DNA from: an uncultured delta proteobacterium
GTDB taxonomy: Bacteria > Desulfobacterota > Binatia > Binatales > Binataceae
Length of the DNA stretch: 64,000 nucleotides
Reading direction: 5' to 3'
Assembly: GCA_963765675.1 (NCBI GenBank)
Contig: CAVXXK010000015.1
Location: 1-64,000 of the forward strand
Each line of letters opens with the position of its first letter. Position 1 is the first letter of the stretch. The position numbers and the translations under genes are program-made. Shown in pieces: positions 10,306 to 20,186 of the stretch. The notes under the pieces were generated by a model. The model saw only the letters and a program-made list of their open reading frames with translations. It had not been told where the DNA came from and did no database searches.

Positions 10306-11142
10306 TCAAACGTCAGTCGCGGCGTGCGATAGAGCGTCGAGCGCGAGCTTATGCGCGACAGGATCGCCGGCGACAATACATTGGCCGCCGTTTGCGGCGC
10401 TCTTTCCCGACCACGATGTGACTATTCCGCCGGCGCCCTCGACGATCGGAATCACCGCCTGGATATCGTACGGCTGCAGCCCCGCCTCGATCACCAAATC
10501 GATGAATCCCGCGGCGACCAGGCAATACGAATAGCAATCTCCGCCGTAGCGCCGCATCTTTGCGCGGCTCGCAAGTCCGCGAAACGCGTCGCGCTCGGCG
10601 CCGCTTTTGAACATCGCCGGATCGGTGGCCGAGATAACCGCGTCTTCGATTCGCGAGCACTTGCGCGTGCGCAACGTCCGCCGCTCGGCGCCGCGGCTCC
10701 AATGCGCGCCCAGCCGCGAGCCGGAAAACGTTTCGCCGGTGAACGGCTGATGCATCAGTCCTACGACGGGGCGTTCGCCGTCGTTCAGCGCGATCAGGAC
10801 GCCCCAATGCAGTTGCCCGATTATAAACGCGCGGGTGCCGTCGATCGGATCGATCACCCAGGTCAGTCCGTCGCGAGAGGCTTTGGTGCCGTGCTCCTCT
10901 CCAAGAATTCCGTGGCCCGGATAGACGCGCTCGATTTCATCGCGGATCGCGCGCTCGGCGGCCCGGTCCGCAATCGTCACTGGATCGAAGTTGCCCGCGT
11001 CGGCCTTGTTTTCGACTTCGATCGCCGCGCGAAAGTGGGGCAGTATCACCCGGCTCGCAATCTCAGCCAAGTGCGATGCGAACCCAGTGAATTCTTCGAG
11101 CGCGCGATCGTCAAGTGCTACGCGTCCGCGTTTTTCCGGCAT
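10306..11142 (-). CDS. hisN: Histidinol-phosphatase, inositol monophosphatase family
   Basis: DPVTIADRAAE, GILGEE, WVIDPIDGTRAF, YGGDCYSY, LQPYD. Confidence 0.85.
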   Translation of the reverse strand: MPEKRGRVALDDRALEEFTGFASHLAEIASRVILPHFRAAIEVENKADAGNFDPVTIADRAAERAIRDEIERVYPGHGILGEEHGTKASRDGLTWVIDPIDGTRAFIIGQLHWGVLIALNDGERPVVGLMHQPFTGETFSGSRLGAHWSRGAERRTLRTRKCSRIEDAVISATDPAMFKSGAERDAFRGLASRAKMRRYGGDCYSYCLVAAGFIDLVIEAGLQPYDIQAVIPIVEGAGGIVTSWSGKSAANGGQCIVAGDPVAHKLALDALSHAATDV

Positions 11143-11164
11143 CGGATTTTCCTCGCGCGTCGCA

Positions 11165-12733
11165 TCAGGCTGACCCTTCCGAATTCAGGCGCCGATAGAT
11201 CGGGCGGTTGCGGCGATAGATCTGCATGAACTCGCGAAACCGCGCGTCATATAGTTTGCGATTCTCTTGCGACGGATCATAGACGTGCGCGATCTTCACC
11301 AGTGCGGGAATTTCGCGCGGCTTGATCTCGCCCAGCGCCGCGAACGCCGCCATCGCGGCCCCCATCGCGTTGGCGTTGCGCGGATTTGCCACCTGCCGGA
11401 TAGGACAACCGAGGATATCGGCGAGAATCTGGCACCAAAGGTCCGAGGTCGCGCCACCGCCGATAAACGTGAGCGCCCGGAACGGGTGTCCAATAAACTT
11501 CTCGACGTAGCCTTTGAGCCATCGGAGGTTGAATGCGATCCCTTCCATCACCGCGCGCACGTAATGGCCGCGCGTGGTGCGTATCGTCTGATTGAAAAAG
11601 GCGCTGCGCGTCGCCGGATCGTCCGAGGGTGCGAGCACGCCACCGAGCCACGGAGTGAAGATGAGTCCGTCGCTGCCTGGAGGGATCGCCGCCGCGATCG
11701 CGTTCATCTCCGCAAACGCTTGCGCGCCGCCGCCGGGAAACAGAATCTCCTTCAGAAACTCGAGGCATCGCCCCGCGATCCCTTGCTCCGCTGTAACAAT
11801 GTAACGCCCCGGCAGCGCTGATGGCATCGTCGCGAGCATATGCACTGGGTCGGTTTTCTTTCCCGGGACGTGGCAACTCATCCAGGAGCTCGTGCCGATA
11901 TAGAAGTAGCCGTCGAAGTCGTCGATCGCGCCCGCGCCAATCGTCGCGGATTGCAGGTCGCACGAGCCCATCACGACGCGAGTCTCGCGCGCGAGGCCGA
12001 GATCGTCGGCGACCTCGGGCTTGAGCGTTCCGAGAACGTGATCGACCGGAAACAGGTCGGGCAGCTTCGCGCGTTCGAGATTCGAGATCTTGAACAGCGC
12101 CGGTGAGTAGTCAATTCGATTTGGATCGCGATTGTCCGTCGCCCAGTATGTGTACATCGTCGCGAACGAGGCGGCGAAATGCCCGGTCAGGCGCAGGTTC
12201 AAATAGTCCATCGGTTCGAGAAATTTGTGTGTGCGCGCATAAATCGCGGAACGCTCGTTGCGGATGAACTGAACGTGGCCCAGACCGTCGTTTCCTGATT
12301 TCAGCGGCGCTCCGCCCGATATCCGAATCCATTTGAGCGCTTTCGCCAGTCCGTAACCCTGGAGCCGCGGCCATCCGTCTGAGAGCACGCGATTGTACTT
12401 TCCGCCGCGCGTGTCCATCCACGAAATCGCGTTCATCAGCGCCGCGCCATTTTCATCGACGGGAATTGTGACCGCCCACTGCGTCGTGCAGGCGACGGCG
12501 AGAATTCGCTCGCGCGGGATCTTCGCCGCTTCGAGCGCGGCCTTCGCGGCATTTCGCACCGCCGACCAGTATTCCTCGGGATCCTGCTCGACGCCGCCGT
12601 CGCTGGAAACAATCGTGCCGATAGTGCCGAAGCCGGACGCAGCGACTTCTCCCGCGCTCGAGACTACGGCGACCTTCACGCTTCCGGAGCCCATGTCGAT
12701 TGCGAGAACGTAGCGGTCAGCGGCGGATGGCAT
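11165..12733 (-). CDS. FGGY-family carbohydrate kinase (xylulokinase-like)
   Basis: LAIDMGSGSVK, WMDTR, IGTSSW, RAVMEGIA, GGGATSDLWCQILAD. Confidence 0.9.
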   Translation of the reverse strand: MPSAADRYVLAIDMGSGSVKVAVVSSAGEVAASGFGTIGTIVSSDGGVEQDPEEYWSAVRNAAKAALEAAKIPRERILAVACTTQWAVTIPVDENGAALMNAISWMDTRGGKYNRVLSDGWPRLQGYGLAKALKWIRISGGAPLKSGNDGLGHVQFIRNERSAIYARTHKFLEPMDYLNLRLTGHFAASFATMYTYWATDNRDPNRIDYSPALFKISNLERAKLPDLFPVDHVLGTLKPEVADDLGLARETRVVMGSCDLQSATIGAGAIDDFDGYFYIGTSSWMSCHVPGKKTDPVHMLATMPSALPGRYIVTAEQGIAGRCLEFLKEILFPGGGAQAFAEMNAIAAAIPPGSDGLIFTPWLGGVLAPSDDPATRSAFFNQTIRTTRGHYVRAVMEGIAFNLRWLKGYVEKFIGHPFRALTFIGGGATSDLWCQILADILGCPIRQVANPRNANAMGAAMAAFAALGEIKPREIPALVKIAHVYDPSQENRKLYDARFREFMQIYRRNRPIYRRLNSEGSA

Positions 12734-12865
12734 CGGTGCTAACTGAATGATTTATCCGATACGCGCGGCGCGGAACAGCCGCTGTCCGGAACGCATCGCT
12801 CCACGCGTTGGCAATTCGCACCTGCGGACCTATACTCGCGCGCAACCTCTGTCAGAGACGACGAA

Positions 12866-13387
12866 ATGAAATCGCAACCTAAAAAACCTCTGCGCCGGAA
12901 GCCGGTCGCGAGCCGGCCGTTCATGCCCGGATATGGAATCGTCGCCGCAAGCGCGGGCAAACGCCTGCTGCCGTGGAGCTGGGCGCGCGAGCGGCTCGAG
13001 AAATCGAAGAACTACTGGATCTCGACCACGCGGCCCGACGGACGGCCGCATTCGGTGCCGGTCTGGGGCCTCTGGATTGACGAGCGGTTCATATTCAGCT
13101 CGGGCCGCGAGTCGCGCAAAGTGCGCAACCTCGCCGCGAATCCGCGCTGCGTCATCACCAACGAGAACGGCGATGAAGCGGTGATCGTCGAAGGCGTCGC
13201 CGTCGAGACCGACGACCTCGCGCTGCTCCGGCGCTACAAGAAACGCTACGACCCGAAGTACAACTGGGATCTCGATCTGGCGATGGGGCCATTTTTCGTC
13301 GTCGAGCCCGAGGTCGTCTTCGGCTTCATCGACCATCCCGGCCAGTTCACTCAGACGGCGACGCGATGGAGATTCGCCGCCGCCTGA
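12866..13387 (+). CDS. Pyridoxamine 5'-phosphate oxidase-like (split-barrel flavin/F420-binding) protein
   Basis: YWISTTRPDGRPHSVPVWG, SRKVRNLAANP. Confidence 0.88.
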   Translation: MKSQPKKPLRRKPVASRPFMPGYGIVAASAGKRLLPWSWARERLEKSKNYWISTTRPDGRPHSVPVWGLWIDERFIFSSGRESRKVRNLAANPRCVITNENGDEAVIVEGVAVETDDLALLRRYKKRYDPKYNWDLDLAMGPFFVVEPEVVFGFIDHPGQFTQTATRWRFAAA

Positions 13388-13403
13388 GCGAAGTGCGCAC
13401 AAG

Positions 13404-13937
13404 TTATTCCTTGGCGCCGGCGCCCTGAAGGTCGCCTTTTCCCTGCGCGAGCGGAATTGACTGCGCAAGATCGCACTGCACCAGTGCGCGCAGCTTGTTG
13501 TCGATCTGGAAAAAGCGCGTGGTCTTGATCTCCGAAACCACCGCGCGGAACTTCGGGATATAGTCCTTCTGCGTATCAAGGATCGCCTGCTGAATCGCGA
13601 CTACCTCATCGAGCTTTGACTTCGCATCGGCATCCGTCAGCGACGAATAATGCTTGGCGTAGTCGCGGACTTCTTTGATGTGCCGCGCCTCGATCTTGTC
13701 CATCTTGCCTTCGTACTCGTCGTACAGCGGCCAGAACGCCTTGGCCTCGTCGGCGGTGAGACCCATGTTGTCGTTGACCGCGGCCTTGCGCTCGGCGTGC
13801 GCGGCGGCGAGATCGATCTGCTTGGTGGTCGCGGGCGACGGTGCTGCCTCCTGGGCGCGCGCAGAAGTCGCTGCGCCGAGCACGCACAAAAAGGATAGGG
13901 CGGCGCCGTAACGCCAGAGCATCTGGGCATATTTCAT
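13404..13937 (-). CDS. Secreted helical hypothetical protein
   Basis: Signal peptide; MGLTADEAKAFWPLYDEY motif seen in periplasmic helical-bundle proteins. Confidence 0.8.
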   Translation of the reverse strand: MKYAQMLWRYGAALSFLCVLGAATSARAQEAAPSPATTKQIDLAAAHAERKAAVNDNMGLTADEAKAFWPLYDEYEGKMDKIEARHIKEVRDYAKHYSSLTDADAKSKLDEVVAIQQAILDTQKDYIPKFRAVVSEIKTTRFFQIDNKLRALVQCDLAQSIPLAQGKGDLQGAGAKE

Positions 13938-14079
13938 TTGGATGATTCTCCTGTTCGGCGCGATTCGCCGTTTGCTCTAACCGCCGGATGCTCTCCGATG
14001 CGGCGCTGAGAGTCAAGCGCGTCGCCGCGTTCGACCTACGCCTCCCGAGCGCGCTAGAATTTTCCCGGAGGATCCGCCG

Positions 14080-14895
14080 ATGGCATTGATTCCGGTTGTC
14101 GCCTCGAACAACCCGCCCGCCGACGTAGTCGCCGCGCTCGAGCGCGACGGATGCGTCGTCGTCACCGGAGTTCTCGACTCCTCCACGCGTGAGGCGATCG
14201 CGCGCGAGCTCGGGCCGTATCTCGAGAAGGCCGACATCAAGACCAGCCTCAACGAGAAGTACGCGGCCGACGGCGGTCCCGCCGATTTCTACCCCGGCAA
14301 CACCCGGCGCATCACGGCGCTCGCGGCGAAATCCGAAGCGTTTCGCGCGCTGGTCACGCATCCCCTGATGCTCGCGGCGTGCGACGCGTTTCTTTCGCCC
14401 AACTGCTCGAGCTACCAGGTTCACGCGACCTCGGCGCTCGTGGTCGGTCCCGGCGCGACCGTGCAGATGCTGCATCGCGAGGAAGACGCGTTCCAGTTCT
14501 TCAAGGTACCGCGCCCCAACATGGTTCTCGCGAGCATGTGGGCGATCAGCGACTTCACCGCCGCCAACGGCGGCACGCACCTGGTTCCCGGAAGCCACAA
14601 ATGGCCCGGCGATCGCGTAGCGCGCGAAGACGAAGTCGCATCCGCCGCGATGCCCGCAGGTTCGGTGCTGCTCTGGATGGGCGGGACGCTGCATGGCGCC
14701 GGCGCCAACGTATCGGACAATTGGCGCTTCGGTGTGTTCCTGTCCTACTCTCTCGGATGGCTCCGGCAGGAAGAGAATCAGTACGTCGATACGCCGTATG
14801 ACCTTGCGCGCACGATGCCCAAGCAGCTCCGCGACCTCCTCGGCTACAAGATGCATTCCGCCCTGGGCTTCATGGACCCCCGCCCGCACACCTGA
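14080..14895 (+). CDS. Phytanoyl-CoA dioxygenase family Fe(II)/2OG oxygenase
   Basis: QMLHREED (HxE variant), NGGTHLVPGSH, TLHGAGAN, WLRQEENQY. Confidence 0.9.
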   Translation: MALIPVVASNNPPADVVAALERDGCVVVTGVLDSSTREAIARELGPYLEKADIKTSLNEKYAADGGPADFYPGNTRRITALAAKSEAFRALVTHPLMLAACDAFLSPNCSSYQVHATSALVVGPGATVQMLHREEDAFQFFKVPRPNMVLASMWAISDFTAANGGTHLVPGSHKWPGDRVAREDEVASAAMPAGSVLLWMGGTLHGAGANVSDNWRFGVFLSYSLGWLRQEENQYVDTPYDLARTMPKQLRDLLGYKMHSALGFMDPRPHT

Positions 14896-14912
14896 GCCAG
14901 GAGCCGCTTTCA

Positions 14913-15440
14913 ATGGCACGCGATCTCGCTCTTCTGATCATTGATGTACAGGCGGGGATGTTCTCGCAGCCGGAGCAGCCGTATCGAGGCCGCGAGATCC
15001 TCGAAGTGATCGCGCGTCTGGCCGAACACGCTCGCGCCGCTACGGTCCCGGTCATTTACATTCGCCATGACGGTGGCGCGGGCGATCCACTGGCGCGAGG
15101 AACATCAGGTTGGCAGATTCACCCATCGATCGCGCCGAACGCGGCCGAACAGATTGTTGAGAAGCGATATTCAAACTCCTTCCAGGAGACGGATTTGCGG
15201 GAGATCCTGGATTCTCTCGCCGTCAGCAAGTTGATCGTGACCGGACTCCAGAGCGAATTCTGCGTCGCGGCAACTTCGCTCGCCGCCAAGTCGCTCGGAT
15301 ATGAAGTCACGGTAGTGGCCGACGCTCATTCGACCTTCGATGGACCCAACGGTTCAGCCGAAAAACTGATCGAGAATTGCAACCGTGTCTTCGGCGAACA
15401 CGGTCTCCATCTGATCCCAGCCAGCGAAATCGTTTTCTGA
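14913..15440 (+). CDS. Isochorismatase-family cysteine hydrolase
   Basis: LLIIDVQ, EKRYSNSF, GLQSEFCV, ADAHST. Confidence 0.92.
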   Translation: MARDLALLIIDVQAGMFSQPEQPYRGREILEVIARLAEHARAATVPVIYIRHDGGAGDPLARGTSGWQIHPSIAPNAAEQIVEKRYSNSFQETDLREILDSLAVSKLIVTGLQSEFCVAATSLAAKSLGYEVTVVADAHSTFDGPNGSAEKLIENCNRVFGEHGLHLIPASEIVF

Positions 15441-15541
15441 CCCTCGCGTTTCCTGCCTCTAGCAATATGACTTGTTCGCTGTCGAAATCGGCGGGTCTCG
15501 TTCGTCGTAGAGATGTAGGGACAAATCGCGGAGGCCGGCAA

Positions 15542-16312
15542 ATGAAATTCATCCTGATGGACCTTGAAAGTCGCGACGAGCAGGGTCGAGTCGCGGAAGC
15601 GGAGTCGCAGCGCCGGGTTGGCAAGCATCAGGCGGCCCTGGTCCGCCTGACCATGCAGAGGTCCGCGGCGAACCGCAGCCATCTGTCGATCAACGTGGGC
15701 CTTCCTCCAACTGACGAATCTGCAATCGTCCGGTTCGATCGCGGCAAACACAGCGTCATCGACGGGCCATTCACCGAGACCAAGGAATTGCTGGCCGGCT
15801 TTGACGTGATCGATTTCGACTCGAAGCAGGACGCGATCGATTGGTACAAGAGCATCGGCTACGAGCACGACGGTCACGTGATGGAGATACGGCCGGTCGC
15901 TCAGGCATGGCTGTTCTATCACGGTCATCGTCCGACCGGCGCGTTGAAGTACCTGCTCCGCTTCGGCGGCCCGAAGCCGAACGAAACCGAAGCCCAATCC
16001 GAACAGAATTATCGCGCCTCCGAACGCGTTACGACCGAATACGTGCGCAAGGGATTCATGGACGAATCGATCTGCTGGGCAGGCGTCCGGCTGGCGCATC
16101 CGCAGCACGCCGTCACGTTCAGAAGAAATAATGGGAAATTGATCGTGTCAGACGGCCCATTCACCGAGACGCGCGAGGTCGTCGGCGGTTTCACGATCCT
16201 CGACTGCGCATCGCGTGACGACGCGATCGACTGGGCGCGCAAGTACTCATACGTCGACGGCGATATCACCCAAGTAGTGCCCTGCGGACTGTGGTGGACG
16301 CAAGTCATCTGA
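15542..16312 (+). CDS. Tandem two-domain YciI/DGPF protein
   Basis: Two DGPFTET[KR]E motifs, each followed by G[FY]..ID/LD..S..DAIDW. Confidence 0.88.
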   Translation: MKFILMDLESRDEQGRVAEAESQRRVGKHQAALVRLTMQRSAANRSHLSINVGLPPTDESAIVRFDRGKHSVIDGPFTETKELLAGFDVIDFDSKQDAIDWYKSIGYEHDGHVMEIRPVAQAWLFYHGHRPTGALKYLLRFGGPKPNETEAQSEQNYRASERVTTEYVRKGFMDESICWAGVRLAHPQHAVTFRRNNGKLIVSDGPFTETREVVGGFTILDCASRDDAIDWARKYSYVDGDITQVVPCGLWWTQVI

Positions 16313-16335
16313 CACTCGGAGCGAGGCAAAACTCA

Positions 16336-17055
16336 ATGAGTGAAAGCAAATCGGCAGATGCGGTTTGGAAATACGAACGGATTTTGGAGTTTGCGTTGCC
16401 GATCGCGCGCACCTTTAGTCTGTTCACAGACCCGGCTGAGACACGTGCGTGGCTTCTGCCATTCGAGGACAATCCGGATGGCGAGAAGGTGGCGACCATC
16501 GAAGGTCAACCTCCCGTGAAAATGAGCGTTGAGAAATTCGAGCCACCAAGACTCGTGTGTATCGCGATGTCCGGCGGGAATATGCCGGGCCATGTCGAAT
16601 CGACCACTTCGCTCCAGGAAACCATGCCAGGAACGAAAGTCAAGCTCGTTCACTTGGGATTTGGCGATGCCGCCGCATGGGAGGTTTTCGGAAATTCGTT
16701 TTCTCTTGGATGGGACGAGGCGACAACCGATCTGATGGTTTATGTACGTTCAGGAGTGAAGAGTCCTCGGCACATAGTTGATCGACGCGCGAGCATAGCC
16801 GCTTGGCCCGTGCGCCGGGAATGGGGGATCGAACTGGCAGAGGTTTTCCCGGGAGGCTTTGCCGACCAGGCAGGAATGAAGGCGGGCGACATCCTGCTCA
16901 AGCTCGATCGCATGGGAATCTATCAAGTTGCCGACGTCTGGGCCTTTACGCGGGTTCGCTCGCCGGGCGAAGAGGCGGTAGCCGAATACATTCGCGGCAG
17001 AGAATTGCGGACCGGCAGGGGGCGCATTTCTCGTTTCGAGGACTTCGGAGAGTGA
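16336..17055 (+). CDS. SRPBCC (AHSA1-like) domain fused to a C-terminal PDZ domain
   Basis: FTDPAETRAW, TKVKLVHLGF, GWD; then EVFPGGFADQAGMKAGDILLKLD (PDZ). Confidence 0.82.
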   Translation: MSESKSADAVWKYERILEFALPIARTFSLFTDPAETRAWLLPFEDNPDGEKVATIEGQPPVKMSVEKFEPPRLVCIAMSGGNMPGHVESTTSLQETMPGTKVKLVHLGFGDAAAWEVFGNSFSLGWDEATTDLMVYVRSGVKSPRHIVDRRASIAAWPVRREWGIELAEVFPGGFADQAGMKAGDILLKLDRMGIYQVADVWAFTRVRSPGEEAVAEYIRGRELRTGRGRISRFEDFGE

Positions 17056-17098
17056 TCCGCCCGATTCAAGTGTACAAGCAGATCGAAGGAGAAGAGTC

Positions 17099-17437
17099 GT
17101 GAAATACATGCTGCTGATCGTGAATGATCCCAAGGCGCCGCCGATCCCTGAATCTGAAATGGGTGCGATGATGAACACGTTCGAGAAGATCGGCGCCGAC
17201 CTTACCGCGCAACGCAAGCTCATGCATTCGGCGCGTCTGCGTCCGCCTGCGGAAGCCAAGACCGTGAGACTAGGCCGGGGTCCGAATCCGGTGGTGATTG
17301 ATGGCCCCTTCACCGAGAGCAAGGAGGCGGTTGGCGGGTATTACATGATCGACTGTGCCTCGGAGGCCGAAGCCATCCAGTGGGCAAAGAAGTTCCCGCC
17401 GTACTTTTCAATCGAGGTAAATGCCGTCTGGGGCTAG
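17099..17437 (+). CDS. YciI/DGPF family protein
   Basis: MKYMLLI, DGPFTESKEAVGGYY; RBS AAGGAG. Confidence 0.92.
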   Translation: MKYMLLIVNDPKAPPIPESEMGAMMNTFEKIGADLTAQRKLMHSARLRPPAEAKTVRLGRGPNPVVIDGPFTESKEAVGGYYMIDCASEAEAIQWAKKFPPYFSIEVNAVWG

Positions 17438-17516
17438 CCTGGATAACCGCGGACTCGCGGATGCTCGCGCCGCATCACGCTGTCTGGACTCGAGGAACGC
17501 AGAAGGAGGCGAAATC

Positions 17517-17870
17517 GTGAAATATATGCTGCTGATTGTCAGCGATCCCACAGCGCCGCCGATTCCTGAATCCGAAATGGGCACGATGGTCGCAAGGTTC
17601 GAGAAAATCGGCGCAGACCTGAGCGCGCAGGGCAAGCTCATTCACTCGGCGGAGCTGCGTCCGAGCGGGGAAGCCAAGACCGTGAGATTAGGAAGGCGCG
17701 CCGGTCCAGTAGTAGTTGACGGCCCCTTCACCGAGACCAAGGAAGCGGTCGGTGGGTACTTTATGATCGATTGCCCCTCTCAGGCCGAAGCGATCGAATG
17801 GGCGAAACGGTTCCCACCCTATTTCTCGATCGAGGTGCATCCCGTCAGAGACTTGTATATCGAAAAGTAA
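17517..17870 (+). CDS. YciI/DGPF family protein, tandem paralog of 17099-17437
   Basis: RBS AAGGAGG, GTG start, KYMLLI, DGPFTETKEAVGGYF. Confidence 0.92.
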   Translation: MKYMLLIVSDPTAPPIPESEMGTMVARFEKIGADLSAQGKLIHSAELRPSGEAKTVRLGRRAGPVVVDGPFTETKEAVGGYFMIDCPSQAEAIEWAKRFPPYFSIEVHPVRDLYIEK

Positions 17871-17924
17871 TTCACCTCCGCGTCGCATCGCGCACAAGTC
17901 GCACGGGCGCTAGACTGCCCCTCG

Positions 17925-19191
17925 ATGATGCGAGGGGACAAAAAGCCACAGCCGCACGACGCGATTCTGGAAGAAGTATTCCGGCGCGAAGCGGCGCGCA
18001 TCGTCGCAACCTTGGTGCGGATCCTCGGCGATATCGAGCTCGCCGAGGAAGTCCTGCAGGAGACCCTCGTCGTCGCGCTCGAGCAATGGCGCGCGTCCGG
18101 CATTCCCGCCAATCCGGCCGCATGGCTCACTGCGGTTGGCAGAAACCGCGCGATCGACCATCTGCGCCGCGCAAAAAATTTCCGCTCCAAGAGCGAAGAG
18201 CTCGCGCGGGAGCAGGCGATTCTCGAGTCGGAAAATCGAAATGGATAACGACGATGCTGCCGCGATTCCCGACGACCGGCTGCGCCTGATCTTCATCTGC
18301 TGTCATCCTGCGCTCCCGGCCGAAAGCCGCGTCGCGCTCACGCTGCGATTGGTCGGAGGCCTGACCACCGCCGAGATCGCGCGCGCCTTCCTGGTGCCGG
18401 AAGCGACCGTCGCGCAGCGAATCGTGCGCGCCAAGCGAATCATCCGCGAGCGCAGAATCCCATATGCGATTCCGGAGCGGATCGAGATGGCGTCGCGAAC
18501 GGCTTCCGTGCTGACGGTGATTTACCTGATTTTCAACGAGGGCTACACCGCGGGCTCGGGTCCGGCGCTCACGCGGGTCGATCTTTGCGCCGAGGCGATT
18601 CGCCTCGGACTGCTCCTGGTCGAACTGATGCCAGACGAATCCGAGGCCGCGGCGCTGCTCTCGCTGATGGAGCTGCAGGCATCGCGCAATCGCGCTCGAG
18701 TCGGCAAGGACGGCGAGTTGGTGCTGCTCGCCGAGCAGGATCGCTCGCTATGGAACCGCGAGTTGATCGCGAACGGACTCGGTCATCTCGAGCGCGCGCG
18801 CGGCACGCTCAGCGCGTACCAACTCCAGGCAGAAATCGCGGCCTGCTACGCGAGCGCGCCGACGATGGCGGAAACCGACTGGAACCGAATCGCCGCACTG
18901 TTCGCCGATCTCGCGCGCGTCTCGCCCTCGCCGGTCGTCGAGCTCAATCGCGCGGTAGCGGTCAGCATGGCCGACGGTCCCGCGCCCGCGCTCGCGCTGC
19001 TCGACGCGATCAAGGACGCGCCGGCGTTGCGCGAATATCACCTGCTGCCGGCCACGCGAGCGGATTTTCTGCGCCGCCTGAGTCGATGGCCCGAAGCCGC
19101 GGCCGAGTACCGCCGCGCCCTCGAACTCGTCCGCAACGATCGCGAACGCACCTTCCTGCAAAGCCGCCTGGCCGAATGCGAATCGCACTAG
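17925..19191 (+). pseudogene. ECF42-like sigma factor with C-terminal TPR extension; +1 frameshift in the A-run at 18232-18235
   Basis: AEEVLQE..NPAAWL..RNRAID; IPDDRLRLIFICCHPAL, YLIFNEGY, QDRSLW, SPVVELNRAVA. Deleting one A joins the frames as ..LESEIEMDND.. Confidence 0.88.
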
Positions 19192-19373
19192 CATCACTCG
19201 CGCTCTCGCGCTGAGGGATGAAGCTGATCGTCAGACAACCACACATTCGCAGCGACCTTTGACATCTGATAAGTCGACAGTCGTGCTGCCGTTTCCAGCG
19301 GCGCGCGCAGTTCGTGCGAAGCGCGACGCGCGATAATCATGCTCGGCGCATGGTCGCTATGGAGGATTTTGCG

Positions 19374-20174
19374 ATGAGTGATTTGCTTGCGGAGAAAATC
19401 GGACACGTTGCTACGCTCAAGCTCAACCGCCCTGACCGGATGAATGCGATTAGCGTCGCGATGCTCACGACGCTGGGCGAGAAGCTCAAACAATACGACG
19501 GCGACCCCGACGTGCGCGTGATTATTCTGACCGGAGAAGGCCGCGGCTTCTGCTCGGGACTCGATCTGAAAGACGCGGCCGCGGGCCGAGGGATCGGCGG
19601 GTCGGGCGTGCTGTCGGCGGGTGGCGGCGCGGCGCACATCAGCACGTTCGATATTCCGACCGTGACACTCAATCGTATCGATACGCCGGTTATCTGCGCG
19701 CTCAACGGCGCGGCCGCGGGCTACGGATTCGATCTCGCGCTCGGATGCGACCTGCGCATCATGAGCGATCGCGCGAAGCTGGTTCCGGCCTTTGCCAAGC
19801 GCGGAATCGTGCCGGAGAGCGGCGGCACCTGGTATCTGCCGCGGCTGGTCGGATGGGCCAACGCCTGCGAGATCGGATTTATCGCCGACGATATCGCGCC
19901 CGCCCGCGCGCTCGAACTCGGCCTTGCGAATAAGGTCGTGCCGCACGACAACCTGATGCCCGAGGCTCTCGCATGGGCCGAGAAGATCGCCGCCAACGCT
20001 CCCCTCGGAGTGCGTGCGATGAAGCGGCTGTTCCGCCACGCGCTCAGCCAGGATTTCGAATCGCATACGCATCACGTCCTGATGCAGTTGCTGCTGTTGA
20101 TGCGCTCGGATGATTTCCGCGAAGGTGTCGCCGCCTTCATGGAAAAACGCCCGGCGAATTTCCAGGGCAAATGA
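19374..20174 (+). CDS. Enoyl-CoA hydratase/isomerase family protein
   Basis: LNRPDRMNA, GRGFCSGLDL, NGAAAGYG, DFREGVAAFMEKR. Confidence 0.92.
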   Translation: MSDLLAEKIGHVATLKLNRPDRMNAISVAMLTTLGEKLKQYDGDPDVRVIILTGEGRGFCSGLDLKDAAAGRGIGGSGVLSAGGGAAHISTFDIPTVTLNRIDTPVICALNGAAAGYGFDLALGCDLRIMSDRAKLVPAFAKRGIVPESGGTWYLPRLVGWANACEIGFIADDIAPARALELGLANKVVPHDNLMPEALAWAEKIAANAPLGVRAMKRLFRHALSQDFESHTHHVLMQLLLLMRSDDFREGVAAFMEKRPANFQGK

Positions 20175-20186
20175 TCGCGCGCGGCT

